The notes beneath the pieces are model-generated. The model was not told the DNA's origin, made no database searches, and saw nothing but the letters and a program-made list of their open reading frames with translations. A stretch of DNA of 32,000 nucleotides, taken from Nitrosopumilus maritimus SCM1. GTDB taxonomy: Archaea > Thermoproteota > Nitrososphaeria > Nitrososphaerales > Nitrosopumilaceae. Of the stretch, positions 1 to 8,697 are shown in pieces (the stretch's first letter is position 1; each line of letters starts with the position of its first letter). Both the position numbers and the translations under genes were made by a program. The stretch spans positions 720,001 through 752,000 of the forward strand of contig NC_010085.1 in assembly GCF_000018465.1 (NCBI RefSeq), given 5' to 3'.

Positions 1-380
1 TCAATAGCTTCATCAGCTGAAATCTTGCCCTTCTCGAACATGTGAATGACTTCGTCTAACTGTGCTGGAAACTCTTCATCTGCATTATTTGCAGAAGGTA
101 CAATCTTACTTACCTCATGTTCATCATGATCATCTGAATGAGTTTTTTCTGAAACAACTGAAGGATTCAAAAATGTTTTGAACCAATTTGTTTGATATGC
201 TTCTTTTCCACCTGGATAATCTGAACATAACACCAATCCACAAATGTCGGTACTAGAACCATATTGTGATGTTCCTACGCCTTTTCCTTTTAGAGCTTCA
301 GCATTTGGAATAACATTTGTTCCAACTATACCAACAATCATGATTGCTGTTATGAAAACAACCATACTTGTTTTAGACAT
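1..380 (-). CDS. Secreted/exported hypothetical protein, 3' end truncated by window edge
   Basis: Reverse-strand ATG at 378-380 opens a continuous frame to base 1: MSKTSMVVFITAIMIVGIVGTNVIPNAEALKGKGVG..., with an N-terminal hydrophobic signal-like segment. Not listed in the ORF track. Confidence 0.7.
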   Translation of the reverse strand, partial: MSKTSMVVFITAIMIVGIVGTNVIPNAEALKGKGVGTSQYGSSTDICGLVLCSDYPGGKEAYQTNWFKTFLNPSVVSEKTHSDDHDEHEVSKIVPSANNADEEFPAQLDEVIHMFEKGKISADEAI

Positions 381-466
381 GAATGGTACAAATGATAAAG
401 TGTACTTAATCTTGTGTCTATTTCTGAATCTTTATTCTAATAATGTAGAATCAAAAAATTTTCTGT

Positions 467-1117
467 TTAGATGAAAATGTCTGTTTTCTTCTCAACAATT
501 TGTTGTTTGAGAGAATCTGGAACGTCTGGAATTGATGCTTTTGTTTGACCAGCAATAACTCCTTGTGCTTCTTCTAAGATTGCCAATGTATCTGCGTTGG
601 TTTCTGGACCGACGCTCATTGAATCTCCTAAGTCTACTGATGAGCCTGACATTACATCTCCAAGTACTGATGACAAGTCTTGCATTGACGCATTTGCCTC
701 TGGCATGATTCCATTAAGTGATGGAGCTAATCCCTTGATTATTGACATACATGGACTGAGTGTGACTACTACATCTCCTAGTTCTGATACTGTATCTAGT
801 CTAAGTTTGACTTGCTCCATTGAAAGTTTGGCACCACTTACCATGTTTTTCATCTTTCTTACTTGGGCTAATTCATTTGCGTATGCTTGAGCATAGGCAT
901 TTTTGTTACTTTTATGAGCACTGACTATTTTTTCAAAAATTTGATCATGTTTTACTCGTAATTTTTCATTAATTCCTTCTAATTTTGTTATTTGAAATTG
1001 TAATTTTTTTTGTGCAAAGTCGATTTTGTTCTTTAGTGGCTCATCAGGCTTTACTTTTCCCATGACTTTTTGGGAAATACTTTCTCCCCCTGTGTTGTTC
1101 CAAGAGTTACTTAGCAT
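467..1117 (-). CDS. CdvB-like (ESCRT-III/Snf7-related) protein
   Basis: 216 aa helical, charged N-terminal region (KNKIDFAQKKLQFQITKLEGINEKLRVKHDQIFEKIV...) followed by SPCMSIIKGLAPSLNGIMPEANASMQDLSSVLGDV, typical of thaumarchaeal CdvB paralogues. Confidence 0.65.
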   Translation of the reverse strand: MLSNSWNNTGGESISQKVMGKVKPDEPLKNKIDFAQKKLQFQITKLEGINEKLRVKHDQIFEKIVSAHKSNKNAYAQAYANELAQVRKMKNMVSGAKLSMEQVKLRLDTVSELGDVVVTLSPCMSIIKGLAPSLNGIMPEANASMQDLSSVLGDVMSGSSVDLGDSMSVGPETNADTLAILEEAQGVIAGQTKASIPDVPDSLKQQIVEKKTDIFI

Positions 1118-1208
1118 GTCTGATTCTCGATATTGGTCAAAAATTTTGTTTTAAAGAGATTTGTCACCCTAGCTAGTGTAACTGGAGTGACAGATAGTTG
1201 TAGTTACA

Positions 1209-2318
1209 CTACCCAAAGGTAAATGTGAATATCTGGAATCCCTTACCCTTGACTTTTAACTCCAATACATGGGATGCACTCTCTTCATTGGTAATGATGT
1301 TGTATAGTCCTGGTTCAGAAACACTTAGAGTATTTCCAGATATAATGTCATTGCCAGAGTATTGCACTGGTAATGCTTCTCCATCAAGATAAATCTCTAG
1401 TTCTGCATTATTTGCAGTCACAATGTTTACCTCTTTTGCATTATACAACAATTTAATTTCTCCTTCCTCAGAAATCAATTCCATACTGTCTTCATGGTTT
1501 TTCCATGTTCCAATTGGGTAGAATTTGTGTAATTCTATTTTATCTGACTCTTCATACACAACTGTTTTTTCTGGCTGGAATCCTTCTTCACTACCTAATT
1601 GATTTCTGTTTTGTGCAAAGTAATATCCAAAGTATAACTCTGGTGTTCTAAACAATGTATGTTCAAACTCTTCAATGTCAACTAATGATAAAGCAGATGC
1701 CATTTGAATTCCTAATGAATCAGATCTTTCTTTGATTAATTGTTGAATAATTTTTTCAGTTTCTTGATATCCTCCTTCTCCTATGTGATCATATCTAATG
1801 TAACCTTCATGATCTGCAATGTATTTTCTTGGCCAGTATCTGTTTTCAAACGCTTTCCAAGTTTCCATATCGTTATCCATTACAACTGGATAGTTGATTC
1901 CGTGTTTTTCAATTGACATTTGTACATTTTCAGGGACTTTTTCAAATTCAAATTCTGGAGAATGTACTCCAACAATTAACAATCCTTGATCAGAATATTT
2001 GTCATCCCAAGCTGTGATGTATGGTAAAGTTCTGATACAATTAATGCAACTATATGTCCAAATGTCATATAGCACTACTTTGCCTTCAATCTCTTGTGCT
2101 AATTCTTCAGGAGTTGTATTCAGATAGTGGGCAATTCCTACTAAATCAGGTGCTTTTTTGAAGCCTGATTTGTCTATTTTACTAGCAGAATTTGCACTAT
2201 CAAAGTTATTGGCTGTTTGAATATTGTTTTCAATTGTAGAAAAAACAATACTTGTAATTCCTATTCCCACGGCAATCACAATTCCTAAAATTAATGCGGT
2301 TTTAATTTCTGATTTCAT
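1209..2318 (-). CDS. Membrane-anchored thioredoxin-like (TlpA/DipZ-like) protein
   Basis: N-terminal TM segment; VLYDIWTYSCINCIRTLPYITAWDDKY thioredoxin-fold active site (CINC); adjacent to CcdA. Confidence 0.85.
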   Translation of the reverse strand: MKSEIKTALILGIVIAVGIGITSIVFSTIENNIQTANNFDSANSASKIDKSGFKKAPDLVGIAHYLNTTPEELAQEIEGKVVLYDIWTYSCINCIRTLPYITAWDDKYSDQGLLIVGVHSPEFEFEKVPENVQMSIEKHGINYPVVMDNDMETWKAFENRYWPRKYIADHEGYIRYDHIGEGGYQETEKIIQQLIKERSDSLGIQMASALSLVDIEEFEHTLFRTPELYFGYYFAQNRNQLGSEEGFQPEKTVVYEESDKIELHKFYPIGTWKNHEDSMELISEEGEIKLLYNAKEVNIVTANNAELEIYLDGEALPVQYSGNDIISGNTLSVSEPGLYNIITNEESASHVLELKVKGKGFQIFTFTFG

Positions 2319-2322
2319 TTGA

Positions 2323-3057
2323 TCACCCTAGTAACACCAGTTCGTTGAGAAGAGGAAAGTTTGCAATATATGCTAATTGATTTGTAAAAACTAAAACTCC
2401 TAACACAATAATGAATCCTCCTAAAATTATGTTATAATATTTTAGATGTTTATTCATTTTTTTAATGAGTCTTGTTCCTCTTGAAAGAAACACTCCCATC
2501 AGAATAAATGGAATTCCTAATCCTAGAGAATACATCAACATTATGTTTAGTGCATGAGCTGGAGTTGCTGCTGCTAAAGTCAAAATTGTCCCTAATACTG
2601 GACCGACACAAGGAGTCCATGCAGCTGCAAATGCTAATCCAAAAATAAATGAAAATGGATAACTAACTTTCATTCCTTTTGGAATAATTTTTCTCTCTAC
2701 GTTCAATTTTCTGATTTTTATTGAAAGCATCAAAAACACTCCAAATGAAATAATTATTGTTCCTCCTATCATGTTGAATGTGGATGTAAATTCTTCACCC
2801 ACATTTGAAAAAATACTGTTAATTATTACACTGTAAATTGCAAATACTGTTGTAAATCCTAACACAAAGAAAATTGTATTGAAAATGATATTTGATCTAC
2901 TGATTACTTTTGTAGTTTGATTTCCATTTTGATTTAATTCTGAAAGTGTAGTTCCAGAAATATATGCAAGAAATGCTGGAATCATGGGTAAAATACAAGG
3001 AGCTACAAACGATCCAAGTCCAGCAAGAGCTGCAATTGCCAGAGTTATTTCAGCCAT
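2323..3057 (-). CDS. ccdA: Cytochrome c biogenesis protein CcdA/DsbD-like transmembrane thiol transporter
   Basis: Multi-TM protein with GSFVAPCILPMIPAFLAYISG and FAAAWTPCVGPVLGTIL motifs. Confidence 0.88.
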   Translation of the reverse strand: MAEITLAIAALAGLGSFVAPCILPMIPAFLAYISGTTLSELNQNGNQTTKVISRSNIIFNTIFFVLGFTTVFAIYSVIINSIFSNVGEEFTSTFNMIGGTIIISFGVFLMLSIKIRKLNVERKIIPKGMKVSYPFSFIFGLAFAAAWTPCVGPVLGTILTLAAATPAHALNIMLMYSLGLGIPFILMGVFLSRGTRLIKKMNKHLKYYNIILGGFIIVLGVLVFTNQLAYIANFPLLNELVLLG

Positions 3058-3153
3058 GATTCAAATTTACAATTTTTACTTTAAAGCATTCTTCCAGATT
3101 TTTACCAAATACTCAGACAATCCGTTTTTAACTGGGTTTTGCCTAATTTTGAT

Positions 3154-3258
3154 ATGAATAAACGATTTGTGATAGTTGGTATTGTTTTGGGCATCGTTGT
3201 TGTGGCTGCTGTTTTAATTGGGTCTCCAATGTTTGGCGGTTTTGACGCTATGAGATAA
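3154..3258 (+). CDS. Putative single-pass membrane microprotein (34 aa)
   Basis: ATG..TAA read directly: MNKRFVIVGIVLGIVVVAAVLIGSPMFGGFDAMR. Basic N-terminus plus one hydrophobic helix; stop codon abuts the convergent bioF stop codon. Confidence 0.4.
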   Translation: MNKRFVIVGIVLGIVVVAAVLIGSPMFGGFDAMR

Positions 3259-4383
3259 TTAGCAGAATTTTACGTATGCTTTTTCAAAAATCTCCAAGGT
3301 TCTCTCAATATCTTTGTCATTTAGCCAAGCTGTAACTGAAATTCTCAATCTTGCTTGATTTTTTGGCACGGTTGGGTATCTTATTGGCTGTGCAAATACC
3401 CCATTATCAAACAGAAATTTTCCAAAGTCCATGGCTGATTTTTCATTTCCTATGATTATTGGAATTATCTGAGATTTTGAGTTAATCTCAAATCCTATCT
3501 CTTTGAGGCCTTTTGATAATGACTTTGTATTTTTTTCTAGTATCTTTCTCTGTTTTTCTCTATTTGATTTGAATCGTTTTAGAGAATGTTTTACCAAAAG
3601 TGATGGCAGTGCTGATGTGTAGATAAATGATTTTGATTTATTTACACACAAATCAATTACATTATTTTGTGCAGCAATATATCCTCCAAATGATCCTAGT
3701 CCTTTACTTAGACTGCTAATATACAAATCAATTTTTTTCCCAACGCTAAAATGATTGGGTGTTCCTTTCCCATCTTTTCCTATTACAAAATCCCCATGCG
3801 CATCATCAACAATTGTTATGGCATTGGTTTTCTCTGCAATCTCTGTAATTTGTTTTAGTGATGATAAATCTCCATCCATACTAAATATCCCTTCAGTTAT
3901 GATAAACTTGTTTTGTGCTTTTTGTTTTGATTTAGAATGTAAATCTTGCATGTCATTATGTTTGTAAATTGAAATTTTGGCATCAGTTAATTTACATGAC
4001 TCTATAATACTTGCATGATTTAATTCATCACTTAAAATTAAATCTCCTTTTTTTGCAATTGCAGAAATTGAACCCAAGTTTGCCATGTATCCTGTAGGAT
4101 AAATCAAACTGTTTTGTTGAGATTTATGTTTTGCAAGTTCTTTTTCTAGTTTAATGTATGATTCGTCATTTCCTGAAACCAATCTTGAACTTGATTGAAG
4201 TTGATCCGTTTGTAGTTTAGTTATTGGTAATCCAAGATAATCATTTGAACATAAATTTAATAATTTTTTACCATTAATTGTAATGAATTCATTTTGAATT
4301 TTTCCAAATCTTAATTTTCTATACAGATTGTTTTGTTTAATTTCGTGTAATTCTTCATCAACAAATCTTAATTTTTTCTTCAA
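3259..4383 (-). CDS. bioF: 8-amino-7-oxononanoate synthase / alpha-oxoamine synthase
   Basis: NLCSNDYLGLP, VDDAHGDFVIG, YISSLSKGLGSFGGYIA PLP-binding motifs; near other biotin genes. Confidence 0.85.
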   Translation of the reverse strand: MKKKLRFVDEELHEIKQNNLYRKLRFGKIQNEFITINGKKLLNLCSNDYLGLPITKLQTDQLQSSSRLVSGNDESYIKLEKELAKHKSQQNSLIYPTGYMANLGSISAIAKKGDLILSDELNHASIIESCKLTDAKISIYKHNDMQDLHSKSKQKAQNKFIITEGIFSMDGDLSSLKQITEIAEKTNAITIVDDAHGDFVIGKDGKGTPNHFSVGKKIDLYISSLSKGLGSFGGYIAAQNNVIDLCVNKSKSFIYTSALPSLLVKHSLKRFKSNREKQRKILEKNTKSLSKGLKEIGFEINSKSQIIPIIIGNEKSAMDFGKFLFDNGVFAQPIRYPTVPKNQARLRISVTAWLNDKDIERTLEIFEKAYVKFC

Positions 4384-4485
4384 GGTCTATTTTTGACTGT
4401 TGAAATCTTATATGCCTATAGGGCCGATCTTTCCAATTTTTTCTGAAAATTTCTTACAGGCGTAAAATTTTGTGCCTAAATGTAG

Positions 4486-4537
4486 TTCCCAACTTTGGGA
4501 AATAGGCATCTTTATACCTTATTCCCATCTATGGGAA
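4486..4537. promoter_or_regulatory. Twin 16-bp inverted-repeat operator candidates around matrixin promoter
   Basis: TTCCCAACTTTGGGAA at 4486-4501 and TTCCCATCTATGGGAA at 4522-4537, starts 36 bp apart, with a TTTATA TATA-like box between them. Confidence 0.5.
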
Positions 4538-4550
4538 TTGGGTCAAAAAT

Positions 4551-5285
4551 ATGAAAATCACACTAAATTCAAAGATTTTTTCTTGTATCCTTGCAGGATT
4601 TTTGATGTTATCAATACCTGGTTTTATTCAAGATACTGATGCAGTTGCTCCATTAACATCCAAGTTCCTTTCTCTTGAAAAAAATGGAATCATAACTTCT
4701 GCATTTTGGAATATTTTGCCTCATGAAGAATTAGATGTTGTATTTTTAGGAAGTCATTTGTTAACTGATAAACAACTTGATGCAGTTGTTTATGCATTAA
4801 CATCTCATGACACAATTGAATTAGATGATTCTGCTAATGATAACTTGGTAAATTCTAAATCTACCTATTATTTGGGATGGGAAGGTGCATTAACTGCTGC
4901 ACAAAATATTGATACGGAGAATACAATTCCTACAAAATTCAATATTGTCTCAACATTGAGTGATAAAAATAACATTGTAATTCAATTTTCAAATTATAGA
5001 GAATCTGACGGATATTCTGGGTATGCACGAATATTCACACATGATCGTGAAATTCTACAATCTCATATTATGATTTATGATGTAGAAAAACTGTCTGCTG
5101 AAGATTTGACAACTATTATCAGACATGAATTTGGACATGCTCTAGGTCTAGGACATTCTATTGATTCAAATGATTTAATGTCAAACATGATTCTTACTGA
5201 AACTCCATACATCTCACAATGTCACATAGATGCTGTTAGAGATTTGTATGATAATAATGATGAAAACTTTACAGTGTGTAATTAA
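4551..5285 (+). CDS. Secreted matrixin-family zinc metalloprotease
   Basis: Signal-like N-terminus; IIRHEFGHALGLGHSIDSNDLM matches HExxHxxGxxH followed by Met. Confidence 0.85.
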   Translation: MKITLNSKIFSCILAGFLMLSIPGFIQDTDAVAPLTSKFLSLEKNGIITSAFWNILPHEELDVVFLGSHLLTDKQLDAVVYALTSHDTIELDDSANDNLVNSKSTYYLGWEGALTAAQNIDTENTIPTKFNIVSTLSDKNNIVIQFSNYRESDGYSGYARIFTHDREILQSHIMIYDVEKLSAEDLTTIIRHEFGHALGLGHSIDSNDLMSNMILTETPYISQCHIDAVRDLYDNNDENFTVCN

Positions 5286-5325
5286 TTTCAAACATTCTTC
5301 TCAACTACAACTATAGCTAGTTTTT

Positions 5326-6306
5326 TTATTGTGATTTAAGACCAATCTTTTCAATCATTGCATGGTCTTTTTGAGCTTCATTGCCCCCCATAGTAAGGTA
5401 TCCTGAGGTAATGATTCCATTTGCTCCACTTTGAAGTAATTCCTCGCCTGAATCCTCTAGGTTGGTTTCTCTTCCTCCTGAGATTTTAATGACTGACTCT
5501 GGAAGTAAAAATCGGATAACTGAAAACATTCTGACAATTTCAGAATTTGGCAAATCTGTTTGTAATTCCAATGGAGTTCCTGGTACTGGTACCAAAATGT
5601 TGATTGTTACTTCTTCAGGGTACAATCTTGCTAACTCTAATGTTAATTCTAATCTCTGTTCTCTTGTTTCACCTAATCCGATAATTCCACCAGTACATAA
5701 CTCCAATCCTGCATCTCTTGCTATTCCTAGTGTTTCTAGTCTGTCTTCATATGTGTGAGTTGTACATATTTCTGGAAATTTTGATTTTGCTGTCTCTAAA
5801 TTATGGTTGTATCTTTTTACTTTGAGATCTTTGAGTTTTTTTGCTTGTTCTTGTGTAAGGAATCCTAGACTACATTCAACACTTATTCCAACTTTATCAT
5901 TAATTTCAGTAATAATTTTGCAAACTTTTTCAAAATCTGTTCTTGATGGTTCTCTCCATGCTGCAACTAGACAATATGACTCTGCACCTTCTTCTTTTGC
6001 TTTTTGAGCCTTTGACACTACTTCTTCAGGTGATGGTAGTTGGTATGTCTCTATACCTGTATCAAAGAATGCAGACTGTCCGCAAAATGTACAGTCTTCA
6101 CTACATGCATTTTTCTTTATGTTGTTTAGTTGTTCAACGTCTACTTTTTCTCCATTAAAATCTCGAGTTATCTCATTTGCACATCTTGCCAAATCCTTCA
6201 GATTCTCCTCTGGAATGTTTAGTAATTTTTCAGCATCTTCAGCAGTAATGTGATTTCCTGAAAATACTTTTTCTTGACACTCTTTGATGAACTCTAGAGT
6301 ACTCAT
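5326..6306 (-). CDS. bioB: Biotin synthase (radical SAM)
   Basis: ACSEDCTFCGQSAFF (CxxxCxxC), YNHNLETA, GGIIGLGETREQR, LVPVPGTPLE. Confidence 0.93.
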   Translation of the reverse strand: MSTLEFIKECQEKVFSGNHITAEDAEKLLNIPEENLKDLARCANEITRDFNGEKVDVEQLNNIKKNACSEDCTFCGQSAFFDTGIETYQLPSPEEVVSKAQKAKEEGAESYCLVAAWREPSRTDFEKVCKIITEINDKVGISVECSLGFLTQEQAKKLKDLKVKRYNHNLETAKSKFPEICTTHTYEDRLETLGIARDAGLELCTGGIIGLGETREQRLELTLELARLYPEEVTINILVPVPGTPLELQTDLPNSEIVRMFSVIRFLLPESVIKISGGRETNLEDSGEELLQSGANGIITSGYLTMGGNEAQKDHAMIEKIGLKSQ

Positions 6307-6327
6307 GGTCTAATACAGATATTTTCC

Positions 6328-6335
6328 ATTTATAA
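6328..6335 (-). promoter_or_regulatory. TATA-like box for bioB, leaderless arrangement
   Basis: Minus strand reads TTATAAAT, 22-29 nt upstream of the bioB ATG (A at 6306). Confidence 0.5.
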
Positions 6336-6346
6336 CAATAATGGAA

Positions 6347-6379
6347 AGGTTAACCTTTGAGCCTATAGGGGGTTAACAG
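6347..6379. promoter_or_regulatory. BirA-operator-like dyad upstream of bioB
   Basis: GTTAACC (6349-6355)-N15-GGTTAACAG (6371-6379); the left half is also embedded in a perfect 14-bp palindrome AAAGGTTAACCTTT (6345-6358). Confidence 0.6.
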
Positions 6380-7693
6380 TTAGATTACTTGTGATTTTGC
6401 ATCCTGAATTGTCTTTATCGTGCGTGTTAGGAGAGAGTTTAGTTCTTTTTCTGATATTGCCAGTGGGGGCACTAGCATGACTATGTTGCCTAGGGTTCTA
6501 AGATAGATTCCATTTTTCTTTCCTATTTCATAGAATATTTTATTGATGGATTTTTTGGGATGAATTGGAGTTTTTTTCTTTCTATCTGTGACTAGCTCTA
6601 TTCCCATAAGCATTCCTTTGTGTCTGATGTCTCCGACAATGTCTATTTCCGAAATTTCATCATAATATTTCTCAAACACTTTGGATGTTTTTTGGACTTT
6701 TTTGATGAGATTGTTTTTCTTGTACATGTCGATATTTTCATTAGCAACTGATGCTGCAAGTGGGTTTCCAGTGTATGTGTGTCCGTGGAAAAGATGTTTC
6801 CAATCATTGAATTCACCTGAAAATGAATCATAGACTTTTTTATTTGCAAGAGTGGCTGCCATTGTAAGATACCCTCCAGTTAACATTTTTCCATATGCTA
6901 CAATGTCTGGAATTGATTTTTGTTCTTGGTATTGTGTCATTGATCCTAATCTTCCAAATCCTGTTGCAATTTCATCTAAGACAAATAATACATCGTATTT
7001 TTTACATAACTGACTAATCTTTCTTTGAAATCCTTTTGGATAAATAATCACTCCTCCTGCAACTTGTGCTCCGCTTTCCATTACAAATGCTGCAATGTTG
7101 TTATTTTTTGAAAACTTTTTTTCTATTTTTTCTAAACATTCATTTTGATAATCAGATAATGTGTATCCTTTTGGTAATCGATAATTATTTGGAACTGGAA
7201 ATTGCAATGTCTGAAATAGTTGTTTTTTGAATTTTCCAAAAAATTGTGGAACATATCCTACTGCCATGGCACCAAATGTGTCCCCATGATATCCGTTTTC
7301 TACAGTTGCAATCTCTGTCTTTTTCTCTCCAATATTTTTCCAGTATTGTAATGCAATTTTGATTGCAATTTCCATTGCCGATGAGCCATTATCTGAATAG
7401 AATACCTTGTGCATTCCTGGTGACATCTTGATAAGACTATCTGCAAGTTGTTCTGCAGGCTCGTTTGTAATGTTGAACATAGAAGAATGCTGTAGTTTTT
7501 TGCTTTGATTTGTGATTGTCCTCACCAATTGAGGATTAGAATGTCCCCAAACGTTACACCACATAGAGGCAACTGCATCAATCATTTTATGACCTTTAGA
7601 ATCTACAAGCCACATTCCTTTGGCCTTGGTAATTTTATCAAATGAATTCCATTCTTTCATTTGGGTATTTGGGTGCCAAACAGAACTTTTCAA
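6380..7693 (-). CDS. bioA: Adenosylmethionine-8-amino-7-oxononanoate aminotransferase
   Basis: MWCNVWGHSNPQL, FYSDNGSSAMEIAIKIALQYW, VLDEIATGFGRLG, YGKMLTGG motifs. Confidence 0.9.
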   Translation of the reverse strand: MKSSVWHPNTQMKEWNSFDKITKAKGMWLVDSKGHKMIDAVASMWCNVWGHSNPQLVRTITNQSKKLQHSSMFNITNEPAEQLADSLIKMSPGMHKVFYSDNGSSAMEIAIKIALQYWKNIGEKKTEIATVENGYHGDTFGAMAVGYVPQFFGKFKKQLFQTLQFPVPNNYRLPKGYTLSDYQNECLEKIEKKFSKNNNIAAFVMESGAQVAGGVIIYPKGFQRKISQLCKKYDVLFVLDEIATGFGRLGSMTQYQEQKSIPDIVAYGKMLTGGYLTMAATLANKKVYDSFSGEFNDWKHLFHGHTYTGNPLAASVANENIDMYKKNNLIKKVQKTSKVFEKYYDEISEIDIVGDIRHKGMLMGIELVTDRKKKTPIHPKKSINKIFYEIGKKNGIYLRTLGNIVMLVPPLAISEKELNSLLTRTIKTIQDAKSQVI

Positions 7694-7744
7694 CTGATTT
7701 ACTCTGGTATCAGATCTTAATAATTATCCGATTATTCTTGAAAA

Positions 7745-7960
7745 TTACTCAACACCTATGCTTCTCATTGCAGCACAAGCTTTTCCACCTTTACTCCAAC
7801 ATTTGCATGAACAAGATACTGCTTTACCACTTTCCAAATCTTTAATGACTTTGTGAAAAACACCTTCTCTGACTTTGGATTCTATTGTTATTGTCTCATA
7901 CTTGTCAGAATCTTGAAAGTTTTCGCTCATGGGATGATTTCTCATGGGTATTTTTAACAA
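7745..7960 (-). CDS. Small Cys-rich protein, SWIM-like; true start possibly the internal Met near 7927
   Basis: C-terminal SGKAVSCSCKCWSKGGKACAAMRSIGVE resembles the CxC...C core of SWIM-type zinc-binding proteins; lies between bioA and bioD. Confidence 0.55.
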   Translation of the reverse strand: MLKIPMRNHPMSENFQDSDKYETITIESKVREGVFHKVIKDLESGKAVSCSCKCWSKGGKACAAMRSIGVE

Positions 7961-8010
7961 TATAGTCCAACCGATGAGTTAATCAATGGATTATTCTGAA
8001 AATATCTCTG

Positions 8011-8697
8011 ATGAAATCTATCTTTGTTGCTGGAACTGATACTGATGTCGGTAAAACCTACATCACTGCAGGATTGGCAGTTGCATTACGAAAAATGAAT
8101 GTAGATGTTGGTGTGATGAAACCTTTTGCTGCAGGCACTGCTCAAAAAAAAGGTTTCAAATCAGAAGACGTTGAAATTTTGGCCAAAGCTGCACAGGTAG
8201 CTGATCCTGAAAATTTGATAAACCCTCAATTTTTCCCAATTCCTGCATCTCCTTACACTGCTTGGAAAAATCTAAAAACAAAACCCAAAGTTTCTACTAT
8301 TCTATCTAGTTTCAAAAAATTATCAAAACTACATGAAATGATTCTTGTAGAAGGAATGGGTGGAATAATGACGCCTATTCTCAAAGACTATTACATTACA
8401 AATTTGATAAAAGAAATGAAAATTCCATCTGTAATTGTTACTAGAAGTAAAGTTGGCACTGTTAATCATACCATAATGACAATTCAGATGTGTCAGAAAT
8501 ACAAAATTCCAATTAAAGGAATAATCATTAATGATTTTGATGATGATGGTTATCCTATAAAAAATCTCAAAAGAGATTTGGAGAGTTTAACAGGAGTCAA
8601 AGTTTTGGGTTCTATTCCATTTATCAAAGATATGAGTAATGCATCACTAAATAGAATCTTTAAGAAAAACATTGATTTGAAATCTTTGTTAAAGTAA
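8011..8697 (+). CDS. bioD: Dethiobiotin synthetase
   Basis: FVAGTDTDVGKTYITAGLAVAL P-loop and MILVEGMGGIMTPI. Confidence 0.9.
   Translation: MKSIFVAGTDTDVGKTYITAGLAVALRKMNVDVGVMKPFAAGTAQKKGFKSEDVEILAKAAQVADPENLINPQFFPIPASPYTAWKNLKTKPKVSTILSSFKKLSKLHEMILVEGMGGIMTPILKDYYITNLIKEMKIPSVIVTRSKVGTVNHTIMTIQMCQKYKIPIKGIIINDFDDDGYPIKNLKRDLESLTGVKVLGSIPFIKDMSNASLNRIFKKNIDLKSLLK

Noticed and set aside
244-474. + strand ORF of 76 aa
   Set aside because: Antisense to a better-supported secreted protein frame (1-380, minus) with a signal-like N-terminus.
6643-6849. - strand ORF of 68 aa inside bioA
   Set aside because: Alternative frame within a well-conserved bioA; low-complexity translation.
7961-8010. 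Second BirA-like site (TTAAC...GTTAA) between the SWIM-like ORF and bioD
   Set aside because: Half-sites are degenerate and the spacing between TTAAC and GTTAA is 19 nt, not matching the bioB dyad; too weak to call.
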